From Trichodelitschia bisporula (taxonomy: Eukaryota): a stretch of 64,000 nt of DNA. Both the position numbers and the translations under genes were made by a program. The DNA lies in contig ML996687.1 in the NCBI GenBank assembly GCA_010356995.1, forward strand, positions 1,241,803-1,305,802, given 5' to 3'. Below, one piece after another: positions 62,057 to 64,000 of the stretch. Under the pieces are notes generated by a model. The model was given only the letters and a program-made list of their open reading frames with translations. It had not been told where the DNA came from and did no database searches. Every line of letters starts with the position of its first letter. Within the stretch, counting starts at the first letter, position 1.

Positions 62057-63043
62057 ATGGAGCTCATGATGCTCCTAATTCTGCACTTACTATACCTCCC
62101 TCCGGCCAGCACTAGGGATACCTGCTACTTCCCTGACGGCACAATCACCACCGACTTTCCATGCCGGCAAGGAGGCAACGGGGCCTGTTGCGGGGCTGGC
62201 TGCGCCTGTATGTCGAACAACCTCTGCATGTATTCGAATTATGTGCCGGACTTCGCATCAGGAGTTACCCGTACGTTCGAGCAAGCTGTACGGATTGAAC
62301 GTGGACGGATCCAAACTGTCCGAGCGTTTGCATCTCGACCGCGAACGGGGACCCGCGCAATGACATTCAGAACCTGATCAAATGCGCGTACACAACGGAA
62401 GACATGTACTACTGTCTTAACAAAGTGGGAAATGCCAGCAACTGCAAGAACAATGAGGACGTTGTTGTATTTCCCGGTATATTTCCCTTCTTCTGAATTT
62501 ACCGGTTTAACCTGAATAGGCACTCCCACAACACTAACCGTCGTCGGTGTCGCAACATGGACTTCCGGGCCAAAAGCTTCGGTATCATCATCATTATCAC
62601 CCATAGCCACTTCTGTACCCGTTTTGCCCATTACGTCAGGGAACTCAACCGGACCAAAACACAACTCCGAGCCATCTGAAGCGGCATCCAAAGCACCAGA
62701 TTCCGCCGTTCCGATCGGTGCCGGTGTCGGCGTTCCGCTTGGCGCCATCGCCCTGGGCGTCCTCGCTTATTTGTTCTGGCGGCACCGACGAGAGCGGAGA
62801 CTCGAAGCAGCGAGAAATGGTGTGTCCGGTGTATCCGAACCTCTTGGCCCTTCACATCAAGCGTACGATTCTGGTTCCGTTCTGGTCTCCGGAGAGTACC
62901 ATGCGCAGGATATGTGGCAAGATCTGAGGTGGGCGCAAGGTGGATCTGTTGGGAACGGAGAATACGGGCCAGCCGAATTGGGAGCGCATATTCGTCATCC
63001 ATCCGATTTACCAGTACTGTCGGAGCATCGACGATGGTGTTGA
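62057..63043 (+). pseudogene. Disrupted paralog of the Cys-rich membrane protein at 57651-58636
   Basis: CYFPDG..DFPC..ACC..CMSNNLC, then frameshift ~62260 into YPYVRASCTD*TWTDPNCPSVC (TGA 62296-62298); intron, stalk and TM IGAGVGVPLGAIAL retained. Confidence 0.8.
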
Positions 63044-63214
63044 ATAGTCGGGAGACCTGTAGAAGGTGGTTAATATTGCATAGGACTCAATGAATGTACT
63101 TACTTGTAGCTTCGCCGGTGCACATTGCATGTTAGCACTGCAGTGAGGCCGCCTGAAGCCCTGGAGAAGAACCGATGACTTGAAGCCTGAGACAGCAAAG
63201 CGTTCCATCAAATT

Positions 63215-63307
63215 GGTTCTGTGGTGTAGCTGGTTATCACACTTGTCTAACATCTCCTAGAGATATCTGGACACAAGTGGTCCCCGGTTCGAGCCCGGGC
63301 AGAATCA
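63215..63307 (+). tRNA. tRNA-Val (AAC) with 19-nt intron
   Basis: GGTTCTG-TG-GTGTAGCTGGTTATCAC-A-CTTGT-CT-AAC-A-[63253-63271]-C-ACAAG-TGGTC-CCCGG-TTCGAGC-CCGGG-CAGAATC-A; T-run terminator downstream. Confidence 0.95.
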
Positions 63308-63734
63308 AGACGAGTTTCCTTTTTGCTCTCTTTGCTTGCAGATGTATCCTTTTGGCCGGGCGAAGTACTTGAAGATTTCGAAATATGTGGGTCTCGAGCC
63401 ATAGGGCACGTGGCATGACGTGTGGAGGCAGAACGACTCGTTACTGAAAGCACATGATACGATCTTTGTCAACTGGCCAAAAGCATGCATAATCAATTCA
63501 GTTCCCAAATCTCATGTTGCATAGTGTGTAAAAGACAATCCTTATGAAGTCAAACATAGCGAGCGAGAGTAGAACATGAAACCTCTTCATCCAACAGCCA
63601 TAGCGAGTGTAAGCCAACCAACATTAAATTTCTCATGATATAACCAAAACGCCCGCGATTCTCTCCCCTCTATTTCGCACCACTTCCCACCACCGACTCA
63701 AAAACACTCAGTTCCCCGACGTACACGTCTGGGC

Positions 63735-64000
63735 CTACTGCGCAGGTGCGCCCGCATCATTTCCGGCTGGGGCGGCACCAACCGGAGCCGCAGCAGCAGC
63801 CGGAGCTGCCGCAGCGGGCGCCTGAGCACCAGCAGCCGCAGCCCCAGTCGCCGCCGCACCAGTCGTCGCAGCAGCAGCCGGCCCATTCCCAGCCGGCCCC
63901 GCCGCGCCCGCAGCCCCCATCGGAACAGGCGTAGCCTTAGTCGGCGCAGCCGTCGTCGCAGTCCCAGTAGCCGAGTCCGTCGGCGTAGTCCCCGTAGCCG
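63735..64000 (-). CDS. 3' end of a gene with an Ala/Thr/Pro/Gly-rich tail, entering from the right edge
   Basis: Frame is open from the window end: ATGTTPTDSATGTATTAAPTKATPVPMGAAGAAGPAG...APAQ-stop. Confidence 0.6.
   Translation of the reverse strand, partial: ATGTTPTDSATGTATTAAPTKATPVPMGAAGAAGPAGNGPAAAATTGAAATGAAAAGAQAPAAAAPAAAAAPVGAAPAGNDAGAPAQ

Noticed and set aside
1..64000. Proteostasis 'cluster' (BiP, Msn2, Txl1, Ubx4, GH47)
   Set aside because: Genes are spread over 60 kb among unrelated housekeeping genes; no evidence of a co-regulated cluster beyond the Txl1/Ubx4 pair

Overview
GC-rich, intron-rich filamentous ascomycete (Pezizomycotina-type) chromosomal segment with mostly 45-60 nt GT-AG introns. 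Conserved genes: KAR2/BiP, a Msn2/Seb1-type C2H2 stress transcription factor behind a ~10 kb gene-poor region, RRP9, a conserved hypothetical protein, an MFS sugar-porter, ERG12, a DUF1640/CCDC90-like protein, 14-3-3, RPL36, thioredoxin-PITH (Txl1), UBX/TUG (Ubx4), MSH3, an F-BAR-DEP-RhoGAP and a GH47 mannosidase. Two intron-containing tRNA genes (Gln-TTG, Val-AAC) are present. Accessory material: an intact HeLo-like/STAND-N-terminal + ankyrin gene with no visible nucleotide-binding domain; a frameshifted relic of a sacsin/No-vein-like protein beside tRNA-Gln; two divergent Cys-rich membrane-protein paralogs (one pseudogenised) flanking GH47; a decayed PD-(D/E)xK-like ORF; and an orphan tRNA-like T-arm/B-box with a Pol III terminator. 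No CRISPR, rRNA or recognisable transposon was seen. I cannot demonstrate a new multi-gene system from sequence alone; the NOD-less NLR-like gene and the 56-63 kb accessory island are the best candidates. All family calls come from motif recognition by eye, not database searches.
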